From: Candidatus Daviesbacteria bacterium
GTDB lineage: Bacteria; Patescibacteriota; Microgenomatia; Daviesbacterales; UBA10151
Direction: 5' to 3'
DNA: 64,000 nt
Assembly: GCA_016187025.1 (NCBI GenBank)
Contig: JACPKM010000001.1
Coordinates: forward strand, 320,055-384,054
Part shown: positions 28,858-38,545 of the stretch, in pieces
Numbering within the stretch: position 1 is the stretch's first letter
Layout: the number at the start of each line of letters is the position of its first letter
Translations under genes and position numbers: made by a program
The notes under the pieces: generated by a model
Told to the model about the DNA's origin: nothing
What the model saw: only the letters and a program-made list of their open reading frames with translations
Databases searched by the model: none

Positions 28858-29925
28858 CTAAAATGCCCATCTCCCTGAGACATAAAGAAAAGTTAAATAA
28901 ACCAGCAAAGTTAATGATGTGATACTTATTAGTACAAAAAATAGTCTTTTTTTGATAAGCCCAAGTAAAATAAAAATTGGAAATAGTATAAGACTGTAAC
29001 GGGGTACGCTTAGTATAAAATTTGTTGAAGTGAATAGAAATAAGTTAATTAACATGTATACGGAGTAGGATTTTCTTAGGTATAAAAATGACGCTATGGT
29101 AAAAATGGTTACAATGAGTATTGAAATAATTTCTGAAAGGTATATATAAAAATTCGCCTGAGAGACAAAAGAAAAGGTATTAAGCAAATTATAGACACCT
29201 ACCCAGGGCCAATCTAGATGTTTAAACCAATTATACGATAAGGGTTTTGTAAAATAAAACAGATCTCCAAAGATAAAATAATTAATCATCAAATAGAAAA
29301 TAAAACCCAAAGTAGTAAGAAAAACAGCGGTAATCTTTCCTAAAATAGTTTTTGCTTCAATGAAGAGAGAGGGTATAAGCAATAAGCCATTGATTCTTGT
29401 TAACGAAGCAAGTAAGCCTGTTGCACCAGCGTATAAATAATTATCTTTTCTTATTAAATAAATACTGGTGATTGATAAAGTTAAAAATAATGATTCTGTG
29501 TAAGGGGCTTGTAAAAAATAACTAGTGGGAAAAATATTCATAAACCATACAGCCTTAAGAGAAGTAGATTTATTAAAATCAAGCAAGGAGAGTTCAAATA
29601 AAAGTATGGATGCAAAGACGGAAAAAAGTGTTGAAACAAGTAGAGATGATAGCTCAAAATTGCCAAGTAATATATTTGTGAATTTGATAAATAATGGATA
29701 AAGAGGGTAAAAAACGATCCAAAGCGACTGTTCTCCTGTTGGCTGATACCAATTTCTTGCTAGATCTAAATAATGTGGAGCATCCCATCTTAACCATAAA
29801 TTAAGAAGGCTAGTATGTTGCTCTGTTCCCACAAAAGTAGAAAAAATAAATAAAAGAGTTCTAATTGAGAGAGTAATAATTAGGATTTCTTTATATCTTC
29901 TGAATGCTTTGGTAATATTCCTCAT
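28858..29925 (-). CDS. polytopic membrane protein, putative GT-C-type glycosyltransferase (start at internal Met MRNITKAF)
   Basis: About 355 aa with many TM helices; the upstream part of the ORF-track frame overlaps miaA and is not protein-like. Confidence 0.4.
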   Translation of the reverse strand: MRNITKAFRRYKEILIITLSIRTLLFIFSTFVGTEQHTSLLNLWLRWDAPHYLDLARNWYQPTGEQSLWIVFYPLYPLFIKFTNILLGNFELSSLLVSTLFSVFASILLFELSLLDFNKSTSLKAVWFMNIFPTSYFLQAPYTESLFLTLSITSIYLIRKDNYLYAGATGLLASLTRINGLLLIPSLFIEAKTILGKITAVFLTTLGFIFYLMINYFIFGDLFYFTKPLSYNWFKHLDWPWVGVYNLLNTFSFVSQANFYIYLSEIISILIVTIFTIASFLYLRKSYSVYMLINLFLFTSTNFILSVPRYSLILFPIFILLGLIKKRLFFVLISITSLTLLVYLTFLYVSGRWAF

Positions 29926-29959
29926 GAGTATTATTATATTGAATAATGCGCCATTTTCT

Positions 29960-30928
29960 ATGAAGGAATATACTAAAGTTTTAGTAATTTTAGGCCCTAC
30001 TGCTACAGGCAAAACAGATCTAGCTTTAAATTTGGCAAAAAGATTTAATGGTGAGCTAGTTGCTTGTGATTCTAGACAAGTGTATAAGGGATTGGATATT
30101 GGAACAGGTAAGATGCCGGGTAGCAAAGCCAAAGTGGAAAAGTCTGATAAATTTTGGAGAATTGATGGAGTGAGGGTTTGGATGTACGATGTGGCAGACC
30201 CGCAAATTCAGTATACAGTTGCAAACTATGTAAAAGATGCAAATAAGGTTATCAATGATCTACTAATGGCAAAAAAGACCCCCATAGTGGTTGGCGGAAC
30301 AGGACTGTACCTAAGGGCTTTACTTGAAGGAATCCCCAATCTAGATATTCCAGTTGATTCCAAACTAAGAGAGCAGTTACAGGTTTTCACTAAAGAAAAA
30401 CTGCAACAAAAATTAAAAACTTTATCTATGAAAAGATGGAAGCAAATGAACGGATCCGACAGACAAAATCCTAGACGTCTACTCCGCTCTATTGAATTAT
30501 TGCTTATGAATCCATACACAAACAAAGTTCAAAAACCCAAATTCAAAGCTCAAAAGTATAATCTTTTAAAGATTGGTTTGACTGCTCCGAGAGATGAATT
30601 ATACAAACGTGTTGATTTACGTATTTTAAAACGCATTAAGGAAGGGATGATAGAAGAAGCAGCAAAATTGCACAAAGAAGGGTTAAGTTTGACGAGAATG
30701 GAGAGCTTGGGACTGGAATACAACTGTCTGAGTAAGTATATTTCAGGTGAGGTTAAAACCAAAGAGGAGTTAATAAGTATGCTAAAAGGCAAGATACATG
30801 GATATGTAAGACGGCAGCTGACCTGGTTTAGTAAAGAAAAGGATGTTTTATGGTTTGATATTACAGGTGCAAATTTTTTAACTGGAGTAGAAAAAGAAGT
30901 TGAGCTCTGGTATCATCAGGGTGTATGA
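29960..30928 (+). CDS. miaA: tRNA dimethylallyltransferase
   Basis: P-loop ILGPTATGKT, DSRQVYKGLDIGTGK and other MiaA motifs; start taken at MKEYTK. Confidence 0.8.
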   Translation: MKEYTKVLVILGPTATGKTDLALNLAKRFNGELVACDSRQVYKGLDIGTGKMPGSKAKVEKSDKFWRIDGVRVWMYDVADPQIQYTVANYVKDANKVINDLLMAKKTPIVVGGTGLYLRALLEGIPNLDIPVDSKLREQLQVFTKEKLQQKLKTLSMKRWKQMNGSDRQNPRRLLRSIELLLMNPYTNKVQKPKFKAQKYNLLKIGLTAPRDELYKRVDLRILKRIKEGMIEEAAKLHKEGLSLTRMESLGLEYNCLSKYISGEVKTKEELISMLKGKIHGYVRRQLTWFSKEKDVLWFDITGANFLTGVEKEVELWYHQGV

Positions 30929-31899
30929 GCCAAAAGGTTGATATTTCACACCGAACGATTGTTTTTATTGCTGTTTTCATTTTAGGACTTTGGTTAACAA
31001 TTTTAATCCGTGATCTTTTGCTTTTGCTTTTTGTAGCGTTAATATTAATGTCAGCTTTATCGCCATTGGTAAATTTTTTGGCTAAATATAGGGTACCAAA
31101 AGCTCTGGGAATTGCGATTTCTTATGTTATCATAATTAGTCTTTTTGGTGGTATTATTGCCTCACTTCTGCCGCCAGTCATAGAAGAAAGCAGCAAGTTG
31201 TTTACTGCTCTTCCAAATGTGGTTAATCCTCTGCTAAATAACCTAAATGTTGATAAAAATATTTTGCAATCTGAATTTGCAAATTTTTCTAAGAATTTAA
31301 TAACTTTTCTGGTAGGTGCATTCGATAACTTTTTGACAATCACCTTTTTGCTGGTTTTAACTTTTTATTTACTGCTAGAAAAAGAGAAATTAGAAGATAG
31401 AATATCTGCACTGTTTGTAGGTAGAGAACAAAGGATTAAAAATATAATAGTTCAATTGGAAGAAAAACTGGGAGCTTGGTTAAGAGGACAGGTTGTTTTA
31501 AGTGTAATCATTGGGTTGCTCTCATATATAGGGTTAACTCTACTTAATATCCCTTATGCTTTACCTTTGGCACTTCTTGCAGGAATAATGGAGATTATTC
31601 CAGTTATTGGTCCTATTATTTCTGCAGTTCCAGCAATTGCTTTAGGTTTTACTATTTCTCCTTTGGTGGCAGCTGGAGCTGCGGCCACATACTTTATAAT
31701 CCAACAGCTTGAAAATCACCTGATAGTTCCACAGGTTATGAAAAGGGCAGTAGGGCTAAACCCTTTGATTGTAATCTTGGCAATAGCCATTGGTGGGAGA
31801 TTACTGGGTATTGCTGGTGCACTACTGGCCGTACCAATTGTTGTAGTGTTGCAGGTTGTAGTAATGGAAGTGATACAGTCTCAAAGAGTTGAAAAATAA
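30925..31899 (+). CDS. AI-2E family transporter (UPF0118/PerM-like)
   Basis: 324 aa, 7-8 TM helices, conserved C-terminal region GLLSYIGLTLL...IPVIGPII. Confidence 0.6.
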   Translation: MSQKVDISHRTIVFIAVFILGLWLTILIRDLLLLLFVALILMSALSPLVNFLAKYRVPKALGIAISYVIIISLFGGIIASLLPPVIEESSKLFTALPNVVNPLLNNLNVDKNILQSEFANFSKNLITFLVGAFDNFLTITFLLVLTFYLLLEKEKLEDRISALFVGREQRIKNIIVQLEEKLGAWLRGQVVLSVIIGLLSYIGLTLLNIPYALPLALLAGIMEIIPVIGPIISAVPAIALGFTISPLVAAGAAATYFIIQQLENHLIVPQVMKRAVGLNPLIVILAIAIGGRLLGIAGALLAVPIVVVLQVVVMEVIQSQRVEK

Positions 31900-31939
31900 A
31901 CCGGTGGACTGTTCTCCTTTGGAGAATAAAAAAAATTGT

Positions 31940-32300
31940 GCTTAGGAAGTTAATAAGCCAGATTCTGTTAAGAACGAATCTGTCTTGCGATCTTTGACCT
32001 AAAGCCAGATTCTGTTTCTCGACGATAATTTATCTAACGCCCCATACTTTGCTTTTAAAGCGAGCAGCTTAAGCCATATCTTGGGTTGCAGCGGGGAGGA
32101 TTGCCCTTTGACTCAATGAATCAAATACCCAAAAGCTTGGTCGTTTCACTCGGCGCTACCCGCATCGTCACTGTTGCTCTAACTAGGCCTTACGGCTCCT
32201 CGCCTTACGGCGGGCACCCTGCTCTATGCTGTCTGGACTTTCCTGAACGTAACAAACCGTAAAGCGGTTGTGTACGTCCTAATCGTCCTTCTTCCTAAGC
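31940..32300 (-). ncRNA. rnpB: RNase P RNA (bacterial type A)
   Basis: Minus-strand read GGAAAGUCCAGACAGCAUAGAGCAGGGUGCC (P4 5' strand / CR-I) and ACAGAAUCUGGCUUA (P4 3' strand), with P1 pairing GCUUAGGAAG/CUUCCUAAGC; about 50% GC in a 35% GC genome; no ORF. Confidence 0.85.
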
Positions 32301-32306
32301 TTATAT

Positions 32307-32335
32307 ATTATACCTTTTGTTAAAGAAGCATTCAA
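32307..32335 (-). promoter_or_regulatory. sigma70-type promoter of rnpB (TTGAAT-N17-TATAAT, TSS ~32300)
   Basis: Consensus-like hexamers with 17-bp spacing, 6 nt before the RNA 5' end predicted from the P1 helix. Confidence 0.7.
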
Positions 32336-32695
32336 ATACTAGAGGATTAATAGCCGGTTTTAATTTGGTGGGAGTTGACAAACTTATTAAAATTGTTCTA
32401 CATTAATAATTGTCTATAGTAAAGCATGCACTATGGACTTAACTAAGGATAGGTGAATCTAGATAAGTCGTCTTTAGGGATTGAGTTTGCAGCATGGTCT
32501 ATGTCAATGAAAGTGTGAGGATATAGATTATGAAACTGTAATCTTAGCAAAAGAGCCCGATTTAACGGGCTTTTTTGTTGGGGAAGAAATGAAAAAGTCC
32601 CCCGATTTTTCGAGAGACTCTTTCATAATGGTGAAATCTGCATATTCGCCAAATGACGATGCAAATACACCTTTCCCAAATTTTCGGGAAGATTT

Positions 32696-32839
32696 TTATG
32701 CTGCGCCACCAATTTTAAACATTTTGGTTCCACACACAGGACAGGTACCCTGAGAAGCTTTTTTACCATTTTTCATGGTAACTTCTTGAACGTTTTCAGC
32801 ATCTCTTTTAGATCGGCATTTTACACAATACATCTGCAT
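32696..32839 (-). CDS. 47-aa C4 zinc-ribbon protein (not in ORF track)
   Basis: MQMYCVKCRSKRDAENVQEVTMKNGKKASQGTCPVCGTKMFKIGGAA: two CxxC pairs; SD AAGGGGGTGA 7 nt upstream. Confidence 0.6.
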   Translation of the reverse strand: MQMYCVKCRSKRDAENVQEVTMKNGKKASQGTCPVCGTKMFKIGGAA

Positions 32840-32873
32840 TTATAACTCACCCCCTTTCTTTAATTAGTAGAAA

Positions 32874-33212
32874 TTAAACAAATGGCAACTTAACTAAGTT
32901 ATTTTTCAGTGCCATATATAGAGCAATCTGGACCCCTATGGCCAGAAAAGTTAGTAACCCGACTTTGGCTAAATCTTTTTGTATATAGGATAAATCAGCA
33001 GAAGAAAGATTAGATCTATATGTTGAAGTTTTACCAGAAGTTTGGTATTTGATACCGGATAGCTTACTTTTGCCATAGACTTGACGTCTAAGAATTTTGA
33101 GTCTTTTTTCTATTTCTGATTGTTTGTAGGTTTGCTGGATAGCCATTATTTGAGCGTTACTCCAGATATCGCACGCACAATTGAGCCTAGCACGTTCAAA
33201 TGAGCGTGTCAA
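32874..33212 (-). CDS. hypothetical protein with C-terminal TM helix
   Basis: 112 aa ORF, no recognisable motifs. Confidence 0.3.
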   Translation of the reverse strand: MTRSFERARLNCACDIWSNAQIMAIQQTYKQSEIEKRLKILRRQVYGKSKLSGIKYQTSGKTSTYRSNLSSADLSYIQKDLAKVGLLTFLAIGVQIALYMALKNNLVKLPFV

Positions 33213-33284
33213 TACTTCGATCGCGTCTGATAACAGCTTAGTAAAATTTGATTAGATAACCAAGATAGTGAGAGAATAAGAATT

Positions 33285-33647
33285 ATGTTTTCAACTGGTT
33301 CTGAGATTAGATGGAAAAATGGTAATATACTGCTCCCTGCCTCTAAGTGGCAGTCACCCTCAAAAAGAAGAATTCCACGTATTTTAATAGAGCATCGAGC
33401 GCAGGAGGTAGGAGTGTTAATTTATATAGAGAACTCTATGATTGTATTTAAGGAGTCTAATATTCCAGTTGATCAAATAAAGCTAAATGGTGGTCAAAGG
33501 GAGGCTAAGCAATACCAGAGAAGATATCATTTAATACCGGAAGTTATCCAGGGAGAGGATAGTTTTATCTGGATGTCTCAGCCGGGTAACGCTTTAATTT
33601 TATTTAGTAAAGGCAGTAAATATTTCATAAAACCTTCTAGCAGATAG
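33285..33647 (+). CDS. hypothetical protein
   Basis: 120 aa ORF upstream of the ATPase gene. Confidence 0.3.
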   Translation: MFSTGSEIRWKNGNILLPASKWQSPSKRRIPRILIEHRAQEVGVLIYIENSMIVFKESNIPVDQIKLNGGQREAKQYQRRYHLIPEVIQGEDSFIWMSQPGNALILFSKGSKYFIKPSSR

Positions 33648-33698
33648 TTCATTTTCTCACAAATTTGCATTATTAATTTAATAAGTTAGAGTTAATCG

Positions 33699-33719
33699 TA
33701 TCCTATAACAATTAGGATA
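33699..33719 (+). promoter_or_regulatory. inverted repeat TATCCTA-N7-TAGGATA directly upstream of the ATPase start
   Basis: 7-bp arms ending 5 nt before ATG 33725. Confidence 0.3.
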
Positions 33720-33724
33720 AAATT

Positions 33725-35443
33725 ATGGAAACATTAGAGATCTTTATAAAATCTGATAGTATTTCAGCCTTTGACTGGCAGAGGCTGGTTGAAAAGATCA
33801 GAAAATATGATAAAGATATCTCTCTTGAGATATCATTCCAATATAATAATGTAGAATTTTACCTTCACTCAAGAAAGAATATTTCTTCTATAAGTACTCA
33901 ATCTGACGGTTTTATACTAAAACCTTCTCCAGTAAACTCCATGGAGGATTTTAGTGGACATAGAAGAGTTTATTTTAGACTTCCAAGCAATAAAAATATT
34001 TTGGAGGTTAGGGAATCGGAGGAAATAAAAAGACAAAGAGTTATAGAGAATATAAGAATCGACTTAAAAAGTATTCTTAACTTCAAGGTTTATAAAGTGA
34101 CAATTGTCTTAAAGAATCAGTTTGGAGATAGACTGATTTCCACATATCTGACTGCTAAGAATCCCTTAGATAACTTAGAAATAGATTTTAAAAACAATTT
34201 AAAGATAAAGAAGAAAGAAGTTCCTTTATTTCTAAAGACAGATGAAGCAGCCCAGCTTTTTTCATCCCAGGAAAACAATTTTCTTGAGGTGAATGCTTTT
34301 CCTAAATTCTCTCAACCTGTTTATTTTTCTTTGGATAAATTTGAATTCGGAAAGCACAGCTTGATCGTTGGTCAGACAGGGGTAGGTAAATCCAAGTTTC
34401 TTGAGCTGTTTGTAAAAAATTTAGCTAAGTTAGATCAATCTTCTGAATATGCAATCGTAGTTGTTGATCCTCATGCTTCTCTGTACCCTCAGTTTGATGG
34501 GTTAAAGGCCAATAAGGTAAACCTTGATTTTTTAAACTCTTCTTGCAATCTATTTCCTACTTCCTCTGAGCCGAAAATTGCTACAGAGTTAACGATACTT
34601 CTTTTTAAAACCATCCTTAAAGATCAATTTAATGCCAAAATGGAAAGAGTATTAAAGTATGTTATTTACCTGCTATTTTTAACCAGTCAAATGTCCCTTG
34701 TTTCACTGAAAAGATTTCTAACTGAGCTGGAATTCAGAAAATCTATATTGAATACCCTGGGAGATCAATATTCCTATATAAGCCATTTCTTTGAAACAGA
34801 GTTTACAGAACTCCAAACTAAGTTTTATGAGATTGCTATCATGCCTGCTTTGGTATTGGTTGACGAGCTGAGTTTTATCCCAGCTTTTTCTAGTAATACG
34901 CCAAATAATTTAGAGGAAATTCTAAAGAGTAATTTTTTAACTAACTTTTCATTAAATAGAATCTTTTTAGGCGAAAAAGCTACGGTACTTATAGCGGGAT
35001 TAATAATTCAGCAACTGTTCCTAATTGCCCAAAAAGGAAGTTTGAATAAAAAAATTATTCTAATAATAGATGAAGTATCAGTCATAGAGAATGAAAGCTT
35101 AATCAGTATCTTATCGGAGGCAAGAAAATATAATCTTTCCTTATTTTTATCGCAACAATATCTGACACAGATTTCTCCAGCGCTGTTAAAGGCAATTTTG
35201 TCCAATGTTTACAACTACTTTACATTCAAGGTTTCTGATGAAGATGCAAAGATACTTTTGAAAAATTTAGATATCAGTTTTCCTGATGAGACTTTAATTG
35301 AGCAGAAAGAAAAGGGTTTAACAGATGAAGACCTTAAAAGAAACCTTCTTGTTACTCTTAACCCAAGAGAATGCTTGGTGAGAGCATTTGCAAACGGTAA
35401 GTTTTATCCTTGTTTTAAGGCAAAAACAACAGAGGTTATATGA
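33725..35443 (+). CDS. P-loop NTPase of the FtsK/HerA/TraG (AAA-like, DUF87-type) superfamily with a ~200-aa N-terminal domain of unknown function
   Basis: Walker A HSLIVGQTGVGKSKF, Walker B KIILIIDEVS, arginine-finger-type motif EARKYNLSLFLSQQY typical of HerA/VirB4/TraG ATPases; no TM helices. Confidence 0.55.
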   Translation: METLEIFIKSDSISAFDWQRLVEKIRKYDKDISLEISFQYNNVEFYLHSRKNISSISTQSDGFILKPSPVNSMEDFSGHRRVYFRLPSNKNILEVRESEEIKRQRVIENIRIDLKSILNFKVYKVTIVLKNQFGDRLISTYLTAKNPLDNLEIDFKNNLKIKKKEVPLFLKTDEAAQLFSSQENNFLEVNAFPKFSQPVYFSLDKFEFGKHSLIVGQTGVGKSKFLELFVKNLAKLDQSSEYAIVVVDPHASLYPQFDGLKANKVNLDFLNSSCNLFPTSSEPKIATELTILLFKTILKDQFNAKMERVLKYVIYLLFLTSQMSLVSLKRFLTELEFRKSILNTLGDQYSYISHFFETEFTELQTKFYEIAIMPALVLVDELSFIPAFSSNTPNNLEEILKSNFLTNFSLNRIFLGEKATVLIAGLIIQQLFLIAQKGSLNKKIILIIDEVSVIENESLISILSEARKYNLSLFLSQQYLTQISPALLKAILSNVYNYFTFKVSDEDAKILLKNLDISFPDETLIEQKEKGLTDEDLKRNLLVTLNPRECLVRAFANGKFYPCFKAKTTEVI

Positions 35444-36135
35444 CAGATCAGCAAATAAAACAGATAACAGATTATATTTTTAAAGAAGTTTTTAGTAGAG
35501 ATAACGCTTTGACCTTACAACAGCTTCAAGATAAATTTGCTATAGATATTCCACGGCCAAGGAAATTTGCTTGCGGTCTATCAGGAGAAAATACCTGGAT
35601 CTTTTCATCTGATAAGGAAAAAGTGGCTTCGCAAAAAGCGGTAGAAAAACGTTTTGGAGAAAATGAATGGATACAACCGTTGCGGGAATTCAATTCGATA
35701 GAAGATATCTTAAAAGCTTGGCAAGAAATAAACTTTCTGACAGGTGAGAAATATATAAACTCTAAAGACATCTTGGAATCAGATAGTATTTACAGCAGCA
35801 GCAATGTTTTTCAGAGTATTTCTATTTTTGACTCCAAGAATATAATTTTTGGCTATAAATTATTTGATTGTAACTATATGTTTGCCTCAAGGGATGATTC
35901 TTCTTGTAATTTAGGTATCAGGGTTAAAGAGAGTATCTATTGCTCTTCTTCTTTTGAAGTTTCCTGGTCTAATAAAGTATCAAAATCCATGTTTATTCAC
36001 GATGGCTTTGATCTTTATGAATGTTTATTTTGTTCTCACTTAAGGTCAAAGAAGTATTGTATCGCTAATATGCAGTTTGAAGAAAAAGAATATTTTAGGA
36101 TCAAACAGATGGTTATTGACTGGATTCTAAGGTGA
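35440..36135 (+). CDS. Cys-rich hypothetical protein translationally coupled to the ATPase
   Basis: ATGA overlap with upstream stop; 231 aa; Cys cluster CNYMF..CNLG..YCSSSF..ECLFCSHLRSKKYC. Confidence 0.45.
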   Translation: MTDQQIKQITDYIFKEVFSRDNALTLQQLQDKFAIDIPRPRKFACGLSGENTWIFSSDKEKVASQKAVEKRFGENEWIQPLREFNSIEDILKAWQEINFLTGEKYINSKDILESDSIYSSSNVFQSISIFDSKNIIFGYKLFDCNYMFASRDDSSCNLGIRVKESIYCSSSFEVSWSNKVSKSMFIHDGFDLYECLFCSHLRSKKYCIANMQFEEKEYFRIKQMVIDWILR

Positions 36136-36189
36136 GATTATAAGCAATTGACAAAATTTAATAGCAGCTTTATAGTTAAAGAGTAACAT

Positions 36190-36657
36190 ATGTATCCGGA
36201 CGGGGTATGGGTTTTTTTTGCTTTGGTAATTTTGGTCTGGCTTTGTATAATAACTTATTTAGTATTAGGGGAGAAAAAGTTTTTAAAAGAACTTTTTCCC
36301 AAATCAGGCAGTAGAGATATTAGGAAAAAGTTTGAAGAAGTATTATCCGGGGTTGAAGAACTTAGTTCTAGACTGTTAGAATCAAATAAGAAGATTAAAG
36401 AATTAGAATTAAAGGGTTTAGAGCATATTCAACGAGTTGAACTTATGCGCTATAATCCCTACGATGATGCGGGTGGAGATCAGAGTTTTTCGATAGCAAT
36501 TCTTGATGGGGATGGAACAGGTGTGGTACTAACTAGTTTGCATGCAAGATCTGGCACAAGAGTTTATAGCAAACCAGTATTAAAAGGAAAACCTGAAAAC
36601 TATCAGTTTTCCAAAGAGGAAGAGATAGTGGTCAAAAAGGCGATGAAGATGAAATGA
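36190..36657 (+). CDS. DUF4446-like protein (N-terminal TM helix)
   Basis: RYNPYDDAGGDQSFSIAILDGDGTGVVLTSLH motif characteristic of DUF4446. Confidence 0.45.
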   Translation: MYPDGVWVFFALVILVWLCIITYLVLGEKKFLKELFPKSGSRDIRKKFEEVLSGVEELSSRLLESNKKIKELELKGLEHIQRVELMRYNPYDDAGGDQSFSIAILDGDGTGVVLTSLHARSGTRVYSKPVLKGKPENYQFSKEEEIVVKKAMKMK

Positions 36658-37838
36658 ATAAAATATTAGAAACCTTTCAAAATTTAACTAACTTTCAAAA
36701 GATACTGATAACTTTAATATTGGTAATTGTTTCTTATGGTGGTTCAACAACCATATCTTATTCATTATTTAGTAGTATTGGTTCAGGTTCCACTGGTGGA
36801 GTAAGTAAAACAGCAGAGTTGCCCGGACCATCTAATGCTTTCCAGGAAGATCCTGGTGAGCCTAAAACAGAAGCTTGTCCTTTAAACGGGGAAATGCGTA
36901 CTAAAAAAGCCCGCGAGTTTTGGGAAAAGAGACGCCCGCTTGCAGTAATGATCGAAAACCATAGCGAGTCCCGTCCTCAATCAGGTCTATCTGTTGCAGA
37001 TATAGTTTATGAAGCTGTAGCAGAAGGAGGGATTAGCCGTTTTATGGCCCTTTTCTACTGTAATTTATCAGATACCCAAGTAGGGCCAGTCAGATCAGCA
37101 AGAACATACTTCCTTGATTGGTTGGGTGAGTATGATGCTTTGTATAGTCATGTTGGGGGAGCAAATACCCCTGGTCCTGCAGATGCCTTAGGGCAAATTA
37201 TCAAATATAATGTAAAAGATTTAAATCAATTTAGTATTGGTTTTCCGGTATTTTGGAGAGATTATCAAAGATTAGGTCATTCTGTTGCTACAGAGCACAC
37301 CATGTATTCAACTACCCAGAAGTTGTGGGAAATTGGAGCAAAAAGAGGATGGACAGCAACAGATTCAGCGGGTATTGCCTGGAATAAAAACTTTGTTGAA
37401 TGGAAATTTAAAGATGGGCAGCCAAACACAGCAGGCACAAGCGAGGTTACTGTTAATTTTTGGGAAAGCCAACCTGCCTACAGAGTTATTTGGAATTATG
37501 ATCCATCCTCCAATACCTATAAAAGAAAAAATGGTGGCGAGGCTCATATGGACTTAAATTACAATACCCAACTTGCCCCAAGGGTTGTTATTGTGCAGTT
37601 TGAGAAGGAATCAAATGCAAACGATGGATACCCGGGCAATGTACATTTGCTTTACGCTACTTCCGGAACAGGAAAAGCTCTTGTATTCCAGGATGGAAAA
37701 GTAGTAGAAGGAAAGTGGTCTAAACTTTCAAGGACAGCGCGTTCTAAATTCTTAGATAGTAGCGGAAAAGAGATTGCTTTAAGCCGTGGTCAAATCTGGA
37801 TTCAAACTGTCCCAGAGGGTTCTAAAGTAAGTTATTAA
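36654..37838 (+). CDS. DUF3048 (YerB-like) lipoprotein-type protein
   Basis: N-terminal TM/signal, MIENHSESRPQSGLSVADIVYEAVAEGGISRFMALFY matches DUF3048 N-domain. Confidence 0.5.
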   Translation: MNKILETFQNLTNFQKILITLILVIVSYGGSTTISYSLFSSIGSGSTGGVSKTAELPGPSNAFQEDPGEPKTEACPLNGEMRTKKAREFWEKRRPLAVMIENHSESRPQSGLSVADIVYEAVAEGGISRFMALFYCNLSDTQVGPVRSARTYFLDWLGEYDALYSHVGGANTPGPADALGQIIKYNVKDLNQFSIGFPVFWRDYQRLGHSVATEHTMYSTTQKLWEIGAKRGWTATDSAGIAWNKNFVEWKFKDGQPNTAGTSEVTVNFWESQPAYRVIWNYDPSSNTYKRKNGGEAHMDLNYNTQLAPRVVIVQFEKESNANDGYPGNVHLLYATSGTGKALVFQDGKVVEGKWSKLSRTARSKFLDSSGKEIALSRGQIWIQTVPEGSKVSY

Positions 37839-37957
37839 GTTTAAAAATACAATAACTGCTCAGAAAGGTTTGTTAAAGCACAAAAAAAGAAAGTGCTGGA
37901 TGATTCGGTAGTAAGACTGCTACTTTAATTCTGGGCTAGTGCGAGTCATCCGCCAAT

Positions 37958-38545
37958 ATGTTAGAGGAATTGTTTGTATCCCGTGTTCGGGTAAAAATTT
38001 TACAATTGTTTTTGACTTCACCTACCTCTCTTTTACATGTCCGTGAAATAGTCAGGCGTACCCAAGAGGAAATTAATGCTGTTAGGCGGGAACTGGCCAG
38101 GATGGAAAAATTTGGTATGGTAACTTCAGAGTGGAGAGCCAATAGGAGGCTATATAAATTTAGAAAAGATTATGTTTTCTATTCTGAGCTACTTGGACTG
38201 GTAGCCAAAACTACTGGATTGGGAGGCAGTATTTTAAAAAGCAAAGCCAGGGTGGGAAAGATTAAATATGCTTTTGTGTCAATTAGGTTTATGCAAAATA
38301 GACCTTCTACCCAAGAGGATGTAGATGTTTTAGTAGTAGGGCAAATAGTTTTACCTGAGCTTCAAGCCATTATTGCTGATGAACAAACAAGGCGGGAGCA
38401 AGAGATAAATTACTCATTTATGGATGAGGCGGAGTTTAATTTTAGGGTTAAAAGACGCGATCCTTTTATACTGAAAGTATTGGTTCAGCCTAAAATTATG
38501 TTAATAGGTGCAGAAGAAGATCTTTTAGAAGGCATAATTGTTTGA
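37958..38545 (+). CDS. winged-helix HTH protein with possible nucleotidyltransferase-like C-terminal domain
   Basis: N-terminal HTH-like region (LLHVREIVRRTQEEINAVRRELARMEKFGMV); VDVLVVG segment. Confidence 0.3.
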   Translation: MLEELFVSRVRVKILQLFLTSPTSLLHVREIVRRTQEEINAVRRELARMEKFGMVTSEWRANRRLYKFRKDYVFYSELLGLVAKTTGLGGSILKSKARVGKIKYAFVSIRFMQNRPSTQEDVDVLVVGQIVLPELQAIIADEQTRREQEINYSFMDEAEFNFRVKRRDPFILKVLVQPKIMLIGAEEDLLEGIIV

